Part shown: in pieces, positions 1-10,057 of the stretch
Numbering within the stretch: position 1 is the stretch's first letter
Layout of the letters: the number at the start of each line of letters is the position of its first letter
Source of the DNA: Proteobacteria bacterium UBA6503
GTDB lineage: Bacteria; Pseudomonadota; Alphaproteobacteria; UBA1280; UBA6503
Length of the DNA: 64,000 nucleotides
Direction: 5' to 3'
Assembly: GCA_002436405.1 (NCBI GenBank)
Contig: DJLZ01000001.1
Location: 270,001 to 334,000 of the forward strand
The notes under the pieces: model-generated
Seen by the model: only the letters and a program-made list of their open reading frames with translations
What the model was told of the DNA's origin: nothing
Database searches by the model: none
Program-made: the position numbers and the translations under genes

Positions 1-733
1 GGATGTTTGAACCTGCAACAGCACGCACAACAATCTCTTCGTTAAAAGGCCATAGGTCCTCAAGGGAACCACCCCCACGGGCCACAATCAAAACATCAGG
101 CTTTGGCATGCCTTCGGGCAGGTTATTAAACCCTTCAATGGCAGCTGCAATTTGTTCTTTAGCTCCTACCCCTTGTACAGCCACTGGCCATAACACCACA
201 CGGCCAGAATAGCGCTGGCGTAGGCGGTTTAGCATATCATCAATCACGGCACCTGTTGATGAGGTAATAATACCGATCGTATCAGGCATAAAGGGCAATG
301 GCTTTTTACGAGCATCGTCAAACAGCCCTTCAACCGTGAGTTTTTTCTTCAGCTCTTCAAAGCGCTGCATCAACGCACCAAGGCCTGCAGGCTCCATACG
401 GTCAATGATGATTTGGTAGTTTGAGCGGGCACCATAAGTGGTCAGCTTGCCGTAGGCCACAACATGCAGACCATCTTCAAACGGGGCTTTAATACGCTCA
501 GCCGCACTACGCCAGACAATGGCATTTAGCACGCTATCATCATCTTTTAACGAAAAGTACACATGCCCAGATGCGGCACGCTTTAGGCTTGAAATTTCAC
601 CCTCAACCGCCACGCGGTTAAACTGTTTTTCAACCGTAAAACGCAGCTGGTTTGACAACTGCGAAACCGTCAGGACATTATCCTGCGGTTGAGGCGTATC
701 CGTACGGCTAGCAGCTGAGAATAGATCGTCCAT
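1..733 (-). CDS. xseA: Exodeoxyribonuclease VII large subunit, N-terminal part (gene continues past window edge)
   Basis: Minus-strand translation from ATG at 733-731 gives MDDLFSAASRTDTPQ...TVSQLSNQLRFTVEKQF..VAVEGEISSLKRAASGHVYFSLKDDDSVLNAIVW. OB-fold and catalytic-domain motifs typical of XseA. Not in the ORF track because truncated at the window start. Confidence 0.75.
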   Translation of the reverse strand, partial: MDDLFSAASRTDTPQPQDNVLTVSQLSNQLRFTVEKQFNRVAVEGEISSLKRAASGHVYFSLKDDDSVLNAIVWRSAAERIKAPFEDGLHVVAYGKLTTYGARSNYQIIIDRMEPAGLGALMQRFEELKKKLTVEGLFDDARKKPLPFMPDTIGIITSSTGAVIDDMLNRLRQRYSGRVVLWPVAVQGVGAKEQIAAAIEGFNNLPEGMPKPDVLIVARGGGSLEDLWPFNEEIVVRAVAGSNI

Positions 734-742
734 AAAGAATCC

Positions 743-2593
743 TTACAGCCACTCGTCCGCATCCACGTTACGGCGTGTACGTGGCTTAACTTTAGCGTCT
801 TTAAGTTGGCGAGAATCTGTGGCTGAAATTTTCGGCGTTGAAGATGACTTCGTTGCGACAGGTGCCGCTTTTTTACGGCGTTCTTCAGCTTTACGCTCGG
901 CACGTTCTTCAGCGGCACGAAGCTTTTCAGGATCATCCGGAATAATAATTTTACCTGCATTCGGGTTTGGCACCACCGTCACTGGTGCTGCTTTGGCTGG
1001 TGCGGTTGAGCTAACGTTGCTCACACCAGCTGAGACTGACTCTTCTTCAACCAACACATCTTCAGGGATAGGCTGGCTCACAGGTGCGGGTGCTACTTTT
1101 GGTGCTACGGCTACTGGCTTAGGTGTAGGCGCAGGTGCAGTCGTTACAGGCGCAGGTGCGGCAGGTTCTGCCACAGCTTTTGTTGCCACCGCCGCTGCTG
1201 GCACCGCTTTAGGGGCTGCCGCTTCAGGCTTTTGTTTTACAGGGGTTGCTGTTTTTTGCGGTTTTGAAGCTACACCTGGCTGGCCCACCATCACCACAAC
1301 CATATCGTCAGGCTTTAGGTATTTTTTAGCCACTCGATGAATATCATCACGGGTGACCTTGCGCATGTTATCAAGCCATTTATCAAGGTAGTCAGCACCC
1401 ATATTTTCAGTTTGCATAAAGGTGAGGTAGGTCAAAATATCGGCGTTACTATCCAAACGCAGCGGGAATGAACCAATCATGTAGTCCATAGCTTCTTGGT
1501 AGGCCTCATCGCTTACGCCGTTTTCTTTAAGTTTTTCAATTTCAGCTTTCACCAAATCTACAACTTCAAACGCTGATTCGTTTTTAGTTTTCACTGAAAC
1601 TTGGAATGCCCCCCAATGCGGCAGAGGCTCAAAGTAACTGTAAATGCCATAGGCCAAACCACGTTTTTCACGTACTTCTTCCATCAGGATTGATGAAAAA
1701 CCGCCACTGCCAAAAATGTGGTTCATCAGCAGCGTGGCAAAGTAATCTGGGTTCTGGCGAGAAATACCCTTGTGCCCCATAATGATTGAGGTTTGCGGCA
1801 CAGGTAGCGTGATTTTTTGTAGTACTGGTGGCTGCTCTTGTGGCGCTTCAGGGATGTTATAAGTACGGCCCTTCGGCAGCTTCGCGAAGTGCTTTTCAAC
1901 CAGTTCAACGGCTTTTTCAGGGGTAATGTCACCGACGATGCTGACCACCATATTTTTGCGGCCGAACATTTTCTCGTAGTAATCCTCAACGTCTTTGCGG
2001 GTAAGTGCGGGGAGGCTGTAGTCCGTGCCAATGACTGAATGGGCATAAGGGTGGTAACGGCCAAATACCAGTTGGTCAAAGGCTTCGTCAGCCAGTTTGC
2101 CTGGGTTTTCCTGAATGCGCTTTCGTGAGGCAAGCAATGCCTGCTTTACACGCTCAAAATCTTTTTTATTAAAGTCAGGGTTATTAATAACCTCAGCAAA
2201 GTGTGAGAATGACGCTTCAATATTTTCAGATAGTGACTGCAAGCCCACGCTCAAAACTTGGGTATCTGCATCGGCGGCAATGCCCGCACCTAGGCGCTCA
2301 GTTTGTTTTAAAAACTGCTCACTCGATAGGCCACCTGCCCCGCCTTGGGTCAGCATGGCGGCGGTCATGCTAGCAACACCTTCTTTGCCTTGTGGGTCGT
2401 ACATTGAGCCTGCGTTAAAAGCAACCTCAACCGATACCATAGGTAGGGTATGGCTTTCGACCAACCAAACCGAAATCCCCGCAGGGGTTTTAAGTTGCTG
2501 AATAGGTACAACAGGCGTATCAGCAGCACGCGCTGCAAGCGGGTTTGAAAGGGTCATAGCAAGTGTCAGTACAGTTAAAAGTTTTTTCATCAT
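743..2593 (-). CDS. M16-family peptidase-like protein (no HxxEH motif, probably the non-catalytic partner), signal peptide, long Ala/Pro/Lys-rich C-terminal tail
   Basis: ORF track, 616 aa. N-terminal signal MMKKLLTVLTLAMTLSNPLAARA. M16 fold without the zinc motif. C-terminal ~180 aa is low complexity (PAAPAPVTTAPAPTPKPVAVAPKVAPAP, then a basic KAEERRKK stretch). Confidence 0.65.
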   Translation of the reverse strand: MMKKLLTVLTLAMTLSNPLAARAADTPVVPIQQLKTPAGISVWLVESHTLPMVSVEVAFNAGSMYDPQGKEGVASMTAAMLTQGGAGGLSSEQFLKQTERLGAGIAADADTQVLSVGLQSLSENIEASFSHFAEVINNPDFNKKDFERVKQALLASRKRIQENPGKLADEAFDQLVFGRYHPYAHSVIGTDYSLPALTRKDVEDYYEKMFGRKNMVVSIVGDITPEKAVELVEKHFAKLPKGRTYNIPEAPQEQPPVLQKITLPVPQTSIIMGHKGISRQNPDYFATLLMNHIFGSGGFSSILMEEVREKRGLAYGIYSYFEPLPHWGAFQVSVKTKNESAFEVVDLVKAEIEKLKENGVSDEAYQEAMDYMIGSFPLRLDSNADILTYLTFMQTENMGADYLDKWLDNMRKVTRDDIHRVAKKYLKPDDMVVVMVGQPGVASKPQKTATPVKQKPEAAAPKAVPAAAVATKAVAEPAAPAPVTTAPAPTPKPVAVAPKVAPAPVSQPIPEDVLVEEESVSAGVSNVSSTAPAKAAPVTVVPNPNAGKIIIPDDPEKLRAAEERAERKAEERRKKAAPVATKSSSTPKISATDSRQLKDAKVKPRTRRNVDADEWL

Positions 2594-2615
2594 TTTAAGT
2601 TTTGGGCCCTAAATT

Positions 2616-3509
2616 TTAGTTCACCAATAATATAATCCCCGCGCTGCTGGCCACCAAAAGGCCCACTTCACGGAATGAGGCACGGTCGTCAATGCCACGT
2701 AAACGGTTATAGATTGAAAGCCATACCACGGTCAGCAGCGTCAGTGCGCCCACGTAGCCTGGGTTCGGGCTAAGGCCAATCCCCATGTTAATGCAGTATG
2801 AAATCAGCACGCTTAGACCACCCACCAAAATACCACCAATCAATACACGGCGGCGGTTTAGGAATGGCAAATCTACGACTGTATCGGGCCACTCTTCTTT
2901 TTTAATAGGGCGGTATTTCAAGAACCAATAAGCCATTGGGATGTGCGCCATGTTCATCATAAACACAAACAGGAGTGACGTTTCAGCCGCGTTGGTATCA
3001 CGCAGGCCAAGCTTAATAAAAATGTCGGCAAGGCCAAAAGCAATACCTACAGGGAATACCATTTTCATGGCAGGCCATGCGGTGTCGCTTCGTTTAATGC
3101 CCGCCATAGCTAAGCCTGTTAAACCAAGGCAGAATAGAACACCCATAGCGATAATTGGTTGACCCACAAAGCCCTGTAAAAAGCTTGGGTCAATCAACGC
3201 CCAAATAATAAAGGCCACGTAAATTTTAATGGGGAGGAAAATACTCGCAAGGCGGCCACCTAGCTTACGGGCGGCATCAAACAGCACCATATCGCCCACA
3301 AAAAGTGAAAGCACACCACCGGCCATGTACATGTAAAAGTGTGGGTCGGTTGGCCACTCAATTTTAACCACTAGAGGTGACACAACAAGAACAGCAAATA
3401 CAGCACGGGTCAGCACCATCATCGCACCACGTAATTGCAACACGTGATTGGCTTGGGCCAAGACGGCACCAATCAAACTTGCGGCAACTGAAAATGCGAC
3501 CCAACTCAT
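2616..3509 (-). CDS. Polytopic inner-membrane protein, DMT/EamA-like transporter
   Basis: 297 aa, about 10 predicted TM helices, hydrophobic throughout. Lies between the two M16 genes. Family assignment is tentative. Confidence 0.45.
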   Translation of the reverse strand: MSWVAFSVAASLIGAVLAQANHVLQLRGAMMVLTRAVFAVLVVSPLVVKIEWPTDPHFYMYMAGGVLSLFVGDMVLFDAARKLGGRLASIFLPIKIYVAFIIWALIDPSFLQGFVGQPIIAMGVLFCLGLTGLAMAGIKRSDTAWPAMKMVFPVGIAFGLADIFIKLGLRDTNAAETSLLFVFMMNMAHIPMAYWFLKYRPIKKEEWPDTVVDLPFLNRRRVLIGGILVGGLSVLISYCINMGIGLSPNPGYVGALTLLTVVWLSIYNRLRGIDDRASFREVGLLVASSAGIILLVN

Positions 3510-3512
3510 GGA

Positions 3513-4886
3513 TTAGTCCTTTGCATGTGGGCGCAGTACGCCTGTTGCTTTGCGGTTATCAACAAAGGTGCGCTTTGCCATTTTCTGAACGTCTTCAGCG
3601 GTCACAGTTTGCAATTCTTTGAGCCAGTTTTGGTAGCCTTTGAGGGTGCCGCCGGTTGTAAGCCATGAGCCTAGCTCGTAAGCGGTATCAAACACGTCAT
3701 CACGGCCAAAAATATCAGCGCTTTTCATCTGTGTTTTTGAACGGTCAAGCTCATCTTCTGAAACGATTTTGGTTTTGTAGCTTTCAACCACTTTCAAAAT
3801 AGCTTCTTCAAGCTGAGCAATTGTCACACCCGGCTTTGGTTGGGCTACCACATCGAATGTGCTTTCAAAACGGCTAATCGGGCTGTAGTTGGCACTCACA
3901 GAGTCGGCAAGTTTTTGTTTTACCACAAGCTCTTGGTAAAGGTCGCTGGTGGTACCGCCGCCCATAATGTCTGAGAGGACGTAAAGGGCATAAGCCTCTT
4001 CCGCTGTAGGTTTTGGCGCGCCCGCAACGCCTGAATGCAAGCTTGGGGCACGGTAGCTAATGGCCATAATAGGAAGCTGCGTACGCTCGTCCACGTGTTC
4101 AAAACGGATAGGGCCTGAACGCTCGGGCTCAGCCGGGATGGTTGGGCGAATAGCATTAACTTCTGGGTTTTTAAGGGGGGCGTAGTAGGTTTCAGCCAGC
4201 CACTCAGCCTCATCACGGGTGATTGAACCCGCCATAATCACCAATGCATTACGCGGGGCGTAAAAGCGTTTGTACCAGTCTTGCGCATCTGCAAGGGTGA
4301 AGTTCTCAATATCTTTACGCCAGCCAATAATAGGGTTTTGGTAGGGCAATTTTTTGTATTGCTCTTTGTTAAACAACTCAAAAAATGCTGAAATTGGGCG
4401 AGAGTCTACACGCATGTTACGCTCTTCAAGAACTACGTCACGCTCAGGCTGGAAGACCTCATCAGTGATGTTTAGGTTCACCATACGGTCTGTTTCCATC
4501 TCAACGGCTTGGGCCAAATTATCACGTGAGATTTTTTGGTAATACGCTGTGTAGTCGTAGCTGGTAAAGGCATTATCTTGCCCGCCAAGGCGCGCAATGA
4601 TTTTTGAAAACTCACCCGCTGGCACAGTATCGGTGCCTTTAAACATCATGTGTTCAAGCATGTGGGCAATACCGGTTTTACCTTGTTGCTCGTCAACAGA
4701 GCCTGCCTGATACCAAACCATATGCACCACCACGGGGGCACGGAAATCAGGCACCACAACAAAGCGCACGCCGTTATCAATTGTGAACTCATAAGGTTCA
4801 GTTTCAGGTGCCGCATGGGCGACCGATGATGCCATCAGCAATGCTCCGAATAGAAATGTTTTAAACCAGGCGAGAGGTAAGCGCAT
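3513..4886 (-). CDS. M16-family zinc metallopeptidase (pitrilysin-like, active subunit)
   Basis: 457 aa, signal peptide MRLPLAWFKTFLFGALLMASSVAHA, inverted zinc motif HMLEHMMFKG (HxxEH). Confidence 0.8.
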   Translation of the reverse strand: MRLPLAWFKTFLFGALLMASSVAHAAPETEPYEFTIDNGVRFVVVPDFRAPVVVHMVWYQAGSVDEQQGKTGIAHMLEHMMFKGTDTVPAGEFSKIIARLGGQDNAFTSYDYTAYYQKISRDNLAQAVEMETDRMVNLNITDEVFQPERDVVLEERNMRVDSRPISAFFELFNKEQYKKLPYQNPIIGWRKDIENFTLADAQDWYKRFYAPRNALVIMAGSITRDEAEWLAETYYAPLKNPEVNAIRPTIPAEPERSGPIRFEHVDERTQLPIMAISYRAPSLHSGVAGAPKPTAEEAYALYVLSDIMGGGTTSDLYQELVVKQKLADSVSANYSPISRFESTFDVVAQPKPGVTIAQLEEAILKVVESYKTKIVSEDELDRSKTQMKSADIFGRDDVFDTAYELGSWLTTGGTLKGYQNWLKELQTVTAEDVQKMAKRTFVDNRKATGVLRPHAKD

Positions 4887-4888
4887 GA

Positions 4889-5305
4889 TTAGTTATCATC
4901 GCCCCCGAACATACCCAAAAAGCCATTGTCTTTTTCGTCAGTGGCTGGGGCATTTTCAGCGTTTAGTTTTTCACGAATGGTTGGGTCCGCTTTTTTCACG
5001 TTTGCTTGTTCGGCAATCCATGGATCAACCTCACCTTGTGGTGCTGCGGCAGCTTCGCCGACCAAAATGGTTTTGGCCTGTACGCTTGAGTCTTGGCTAC
5101 GCAGTGCATCAGCACGGCTCAGCTTTTGTTCTTGCGGTGGGCGCAGTTCAAAGTTAGGTGGCAATGTTAGTGGTGGGCCTGAAACAACAGCCATTTCGTC
5201 TGGCAAGCTGCGTGTGCCAATAAGCGGTGCACTACCGCCACAAGCAGCCATGCTTAGGGCAAGAACCGCTACACCATATTTTGAGACATTTTTTGTAATC
5301 GTCAT
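4889..5305 (-). CDS. Small lipoprotein of unknown function
   Basis: 138 aa, lipobox LSMAACGG. Pro- and Glu-rich. Confidence 0.4.
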   Translation of the reverse strand: MTITKNVSKYGVAVLALSMAACGGSAPLIGTRSLPDEMAVVSGPPLTLPPNFELRPPQEQKLSRADALRSQDSSVQAKTILVGEAAAAPQGEVDPWIAEQANVKKADPTIREKLNAENAPATDEKDNGFLGMFGGDDN

Positions 5306-5793
5306 GCGTCTGACTCCTTTTTCAAAATGTGTTTAATAGTATCCAACAAAACAAAAGCCACGCCAATGTTAATTGCAATATCGGCAACGTTAAACGTTGG
5401 GAAGTGCCAGTTTTGGTAATATACGCTAATAAAATCGATAACACCGCCGTAGTTAATGCGGTCAAACATGTTGCCAATCGCACCGCCCACAATCAGGCCT
5501 AGGCCCGCTTGGTAAAGGGCACTACCTTGCGCCATGATGTGAATAAAAAATACGCTCACAATCACCGCAAAAACAGCAAGCCCGTATGGCAGCCAATCGT
5601 GCGGCACATCAGCTAAAAAGCTAAACGACACACCGCGGTTCATAGCGAGTGAGTATTTTAAAAACCCATCAATCACGGTTTGCCCCCCCTCGCCTAGCGT
5701 GCCCAGTGCCCAGCTTTTCGTAAGCTGGTCAAAAAGCATAATCAGCAAGCCAAGGCGCAAGCCTAATTTACGGTCGCGGATATAGGTCAACAT
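5302..5793 (-). CDS. lspA: Lipoprotein signal peptidase II
   Basis: 163 aa, 4 TM. FDQLTK and NRGVSF motifs. Start overlaps the ileS stop by 1 nt, the classic ileS-lspA arrangement. Confidence 0.85.
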   Translation of the reverse strand: MLTYIRDRKLGLRLGLLIMLFDQLTKSWALGTLGEGGQTVIDGFLKYSLAMNRGVSFSFLADVPHDWLPYGLAVFAVIVSVFFIHIMAQGSALYQAGLGLIVGGAIGNMFDRINYGGVIDFISVYYQNWHFPTFNVADIAINIGVAFVLLDTIKHILKKESDA

Positions 5794-8636
5794 TAGGCAG
5801 CAGCCTCAGTGTTGCGGTTTTCAGCGTCCGCACAGCGTAGGCACAGCTCAGGGTTATTGGCGTCTTCGCCAACGTCTGGGGTGTGCATACGGCAACGTGG
5901 GCATTTGGCAAGTTCAGTCATACGAACTTCAATATGCTGCTCATTGCCTTCTACCATTTCTAGCTTCGCGCACATTAGTAGCTCGGCTAGGTTCAAGCCT
6001 TCAACAGCGTCAAACACTTCGGTTGTTACTTTCAGGTCAATCTCAGTTGTCGCGTTTGTTTTAACAACGCCCTGCTCACGCAGCACTTCCACTGACTTGT
6101 TAATATCTTCACGCAGTTTCCAGATAGTCTCCCAACGGGTTTCAAGCTCAGGCTGGTGCCATGAAGCTTCGCCATCGTAGAACGGCTGTAGGTGAATGCT
6201 TTCAGCATCTTCACCAAACTGGTAGTGCCAAACTTCATCCATAGTAAAGGCAAGCAGTGGTGCCAAGTGCGTTGCTAGGCCTTGTAGCAAGGCGTAAAGC
6301 ACAGTTTGGCAGCTGCGGCGCACGTGGTTGTCGGCCGTGTTGCAGTACAAACAATCTTTACGGATATCAAAGTATAGGTTTGAAAGTTCCGTTGCACAGA
6401 AGTGGTGCAGCGCTTGGAATACACGGTGGAACTGGTACCCTTCGTAATCAGCCTGTGCTTGCTCAAGGTTTGCACGCAGACGGCTTAGTACCCATTTTTC
6501 AAGCAGCGGCAAATCGTCGTAAGCCACAGTGTGCTCGGCAGGGTTAAAGTCGCTCAGGTTACCAAGTAGGTAACGGAATGTGTTACGCAAACGGCGGTAT
6601 GAGTCGGCAGTGCCTTTAAGAATATCATCAGAAATACGAACATCTTCACGGTAGTCACTTTGGGCAACCCAAAGGCGCACAATGTCCATACCGTATTTTT
6701 CGCAAAGCTCTTGCGGGGCAACAACGTTACCAATTGATTTTGACATCTTACGACCATCCCCATCCACAACAAAACCATGGGTTACCACTTTTTCGTATGG
6801 GGCACGGCCAATAATGGCAGCACCAGTTAGCAGACTGGTATGGAACCAACCACGGTGCTGGTCAGACCCTTCAAGGTATAAATCAGCAGGGGCTTGCTCA
6901 GGTGTGCGGCCACGGTGCAGTTCTTGGCGCTGGCCAAGCACGTGCAGCCATGTGGTACCACTATCAAACCATACATCAAGAATATCAGTTTCCTTGGTCA
7001 GGTTCGCAAGATCACCTTTGTAATCGTAACCTTCAAGCAGTTCGGCAGTGCTCATAGTTTCCCATGCGTCGATGCCGTGTTTTTCAATCTTGGCAGCAAC
7101 AGCCTCAAAGGCACGTTGGTCAAGCAGAGGCTCACCCGTTTCTTTGTTTGTGAAAATGGTAATCGGCACACCCCATGAACGCTGGCGTGACAAACACCAG
7201 TCAGGACGTGCTTCAATCATACTGCGGATACGCTTGTAACCACTGCCTGGGATCCAACCGCCGATAGACTCAATATCGTCAATCGCTTTTAGGGCTTTTT
7301 GGCGGATACCTGATTTATCAAGCTCAAGGAACCACTGCGGCGTGGTACGGAAAATAAGCGGGGCTTTTGAGCGCCAGCTAATTGGGTAGCTGTGCTTGTA
7401 TTTGTAGGCTTTAAGCAAAACACCCTTGGTGCGCATGTGCGCAACAATGTCTTCTTGAGCATCCCAAATGTTACGGCTTGCAAGCTTGATGCCGTCAGCG
7501 GCAGCGTCTTCATCAACCCAAGGCTCGTATAGGCCATTGCCGTCAACAGGGCACTTAAGCTCAAGACCAGCTTCTTTACCAACCTCAAAGTCTTCCGCAC
7601 CGTGAGCAGGCGCTGTATGCACAAAACCTGTACCACTTTCGGTGGTCACATGGTCGCCGTGCAACATTGGCACTTCACGAGCCATAAATGGGTGGTTTAG
7701 CTTGACGCCCGCAAAGCTAGAACCTTTGCGTGAGGCACCTGTTTCAAAACTTTCAAGGCGCAGTGTTTTTGCAAAATCTTCAACAAGGTCTTTGGCAACC
7801 CAGTAGGTTTTACCTGCGTAATGCTCGTTAATGTATGGGGCATGGCTTTCATGCTCGCCAATTACAAACGATACGTATTCAACATCATCACCATAAGCCA
7901 CAGCACGGTTGGCTGGGAGCGTCCAAGGTGTGGTGGTCCAAATCACAACAGCTTCCTGCTCGTTCCCTACCATTGGGAAGGCCACATAAATGGCGGTTGA
8001 GGTATGGTCAGCGTATTCAATTTCGGCTTCAGCCAAAGCCGTACCTTCAACGGTTGACCAGTTGACTGACTTTACGCCGCGGTAAATTGCGCCTGTTGCC
8101 ACAAGGTCGCCCATGGCGCGCACGATACCCGCTTCGTTTGCTTTTTCTTTGGTTAGGTATGGGTGATCCAAGTCAGCCATCACACCAAAACGGCGCCAGT
8201 CTTCGCGCTGGATGTTAATCCACTTATCAGCCTCATCACGGCAAAGGTCACGAAGTTCTTTTACTGAAACATCATCCTTTGTTTTACCTTGTTCGCGCAG
8301 GCCTTGTTCAACCTTCCACTCAATCGGCAAACCGTGACAATCCCAACCCGGCACAAACGGTGTGCGGTAGCCACTCATAGCGCGAGAACGCACAACAAAA
8401 TCCTTCAGCACGTACGAAAGCGTGTGCCCCATGTGCAAGCTGCCGTTGGCATACGGAGGGCCACAGTGCAAAATAAAGTCACCCTTCGGGGCTTCTTTGC
8501 GGAGCATTTTTTCGTAAATTTCTTCCTCAGCCCAGCGCTTTACCCACTTAGGTTCTTGCGTTGGCAAACCCGCGCGCATCGGAAACTCGGTCTGCGGTAG
8601 GTTTACGGTGTATTTTTTGGTGCTGGCGTTTGTCAT
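5793..8636 (-). CDS. ileS: Isoleucyl-tRNA synthetase
   Basis: 947 aa. HIGH motif PPYANGSLHMGH, KMSKS motif KMSKSIGN, C-terminal zinc-binding Cys cluster (CPRCRMH...CLRC). Confidence 0.95.
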   Translation of the reverse strand: MTNASTKKYTVNLPQTEFPMRAGLPTQEPKWVKRWAEEEIYEKMLRKEAPKGDFILHCGPPYANGSLHMGHTLSYVLKDFVVRSRAMSGYRTPFVPGWDCHGLPIEWKVEQGLREQGKTKDDVSVKELRDLCRDEADKWINIQREDWRRFGVMADLDHPYLTKEKANEAGIVRAMGDLVATGAIYRGVKSVNWSTVEGTALAEAEIEYADHTSTAIYVAFPMVGNEQEAVVIWTTTPWTLPANRAVAYGDDVEYVSFVIGEHESHAPYINEHYAGKTYWVAKDLVEDFAKTLRLESFETGASRKGSSFAGVKLNHPFMAREVPMLHGDHVTTESGTGFVHTAPAHGAEDFEVGKEAGLELKCPVDGNGLYEPWVDEDAAADGIKLASRNIWDAQEDIVAHMRTKGVLLKAYKYKHSYPISWRSKAPLIFRTTPQWFLELDKSGIRQKALKAIDDIESIGGWIPGSGYKRIRSMIEARPDWCLSRQRSWGVPITIFTNKETGEPLLDQRAFEAVAAKIEKHGIDAWETMSTAELLEGYDYKGDLANLTKETDILDVWFDSGTTWLHVLGQRQELHRGRTPEQAPADLYLEGSDQHRGWFHTSLLTGAAIIGRAPYEKVVTHGFVVDGDGRKMSKSIGNVVAPQELCEKYGMDIVRLWVAQSDYREDVRISDDILKGTADSYRRLRNTFRYLLGNLSDFNPAEHTVAYDDLPLLEKWVLSRLRANLEQAQADYEGYQFHRVFQALHHFCATELSNLYFDIRKDCLYCNTADNHVRRSCQTVLYALLQGLATHLAPLLAFTMDEVWHYQFGEDAESIHLQPFYDGEASWHQPELETRWETIWKLREDINKSVEVLREQGVVKTNATTEIDLKVTTEVFDAVEGLNLAELLMCAKLEMVEGNEQHIEVRMTELAKCPRCRMHTPDVGEDANNPELCLRCADAENRNTEAAA

Positions 8637-8799
8637 GTAGGGTCTCTAGTTTTTAAAAACTTTATTCATCAAATTACTAATCAATTAGGTGCGCTTTGAA
8701 GGCATATCTTCAAAGGCCTCAAAGGGTAACATTATTCACGGAATTTGGGCAACTTTTCATACGTGAAAAACCGTATTTTTAGGCAGTAAACCTGTGAAT

Positions 8800-9417
8800 T
8801 TATGCAGAGGTGTGCTTTGGCTGATACGTCTTGAAGATTTCAAGCGTATGGCCAAGCAGTTCTTCAGCCAGTGCAAAATCAGCGTCAGCAAGGGCTTTAC
8901 GCACTTCGGTTGAAGAATATACCAAGCCATTTTTTGCCGCTTCTTGCGGGGGCACAATCGTAAGACCATAACCAAGGGCTTTGCCCATCTTTTGCAAGTT
9001 TTCGGCATTGCCCGCACGACCGCGGCCAAAGGCAAAGTCGTACCCGATAACAACCTGCTTTGCACGCAGGGTATTAACCAAAGTTTCACGCACAAATTCT
9101 TCAGGGGTTGTAGCAGCATAAGCCTTGGTAAAATCAATGGCGTAAACAGCATCAGCGCCGTAGTGCTTAAGCAGCTCGCATTTTTCAGGGAAAGTCGTCA
9201 GCTGCACGGGTGCTTTTTCAGGGGTAAGTACAGCACGTGGGTGCGGTTCAAATGTTAAAACAACAACGGGTAAGCCAAGGGTTTTTGCATGTGAAGCTGC
9301 GGTTTTTAACAACGCCTGATGACCCTTATGTACCCCATCAAAATTGCCAATCAACACAACCGACCCTTCGGTACACAGTTGAGTTTCAGCAGGTGTGGTG
9401 TGGCGGTAAATAATCAT
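8800..9417 (-). CDS. ribF: FAD synthetase (FMN adenylyltransferase) domain only; riboflavin-kinase half of RibF absent
   Basis: 205 aa. GNFDGVHKGHQ nucleotidyltransferase motif. Ends LLGHTLEIF...*, exactly at the domain boundary where bifunctional RibF continues into the kinase domain. No kinase-like frame in the 160 bp downstream. Confidence 0.7.
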   Translation of the reverse strand: MIIYRHTTPAETQLCTEGSVVLIGNFDGVHKGHQALLKTAASHAKTLGLPVVVLTFEPHPRAVLTPEKAPVQLTTFPEKCELLKHYGADAVYAIDFTKAYAATTPEEFVRETLVNTLRAKQVVIGYDFAFGRGRAGNAENLQKMGKALGYGLTIVPPQEAAKNGLVYSSTEVRKALADADFALAEELLGHTLEIFKTYQPKHTSA

Positions 9418-9532
9418 AACTACATTACTTCGTTCTTGTGTTGCACTTGTACAGAGGGGGAATATAGACTATTCTGACATTTATTCATATCCTTCCTTCT
9501 CTTTTTCTTTCCTACCTCCGAGGATTTTAACC

Positions 9533-9892
9533 ATGCGATTTAACATCCTAATGTTGATGTTTTTCTTGCTCGTGGCCGCTGGCGTTATTGCTGGTGGTTT
9601 TGTGTGGGGCTACCTGATTGGCAGCCTGATCACCCTGCCCTTTGCGCTTGCAACCTGTGTTTATAAGGCACTGGGGCACTTCAAAGGCAGCACCATCCCC
9701 CGCGTTTACGCCTTTTGGGGCGCAACGCTGACCACCGTCCACTTTGCGATTAACGCAAAAATTGGCTACACGGTCGACGTGATGGGCTTCTTTTTCGTGA
9801 TGGGTGCTTTTGCACTCTTTACGGGATTTTGGGCCGCAAAACACGCCCGCAAGATGACCAGTTACTTCGACAAGGCCGCCACAAAGGTCTAA
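9533..9892 (+). CDS. Small 3-4 TM membrane protein, cassette A, elevated GC, paralog of the next gene
   Basis: 119 aa. ATG preceded by a GAGGA Shine-Dalgarno and a CT-rich leader (ccttccttctctttttctttcc). Promoter-like TTGCAC-16-TATAGA upstream. Strong terminator follows. Confidence 0.6.
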   Translation: MRFNILMLMFFLLVAAGVIAGGFVWGYLIGSLITLPFALATCVYKALGHFKGSTIPRVYAFWGATLTTVHFAINAKIGYTVDVMGFFFVMGAFALFTGFWAAKHARKMTSYFDKAATKV

Positions 9893-9913
9893 CGCAAGTC
9901 ATACCATTCACGA

Positions 9914-9942
9914 AAACCCCTAGTTTGTACTAGGGGTTTTTT
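9914..9942 (+). terminator. Rho-independent terminator (8-bp GC stem cccctagt/actagggg plus T6)
   Basis: aaaacccctagtttgtactaggggtttttt read directly. Confidence 0.7.
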
Positions 9943-10057
9943 ACTTGCGCATTAGCAGGCTGACCCTATAATGCGACCTCATATTTGAAACAGCTTCCTT
10001 TCCTTTTCTCCGCCAAAATTCTCAATCTCTTCTGTTTTTCCAACGAAGGAATTCTTT

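Noticed and set aside
819-1340. 173-aa plus-strand ORF rich in Gly, Ala and Thr
   Set aside because: Entirely antisense to the low-complexity Ala/Pro tail of the M16 gene. It is a compositional shadow ORF with no start signals.
8757-9152. Alternative minus-strand frame checked for the missing riboflavin-kinase domain of ribF
   Set aside because: Translation shows no GRxxGFPTAN-type kinase motifs in any frame downstream of the ribF stop.
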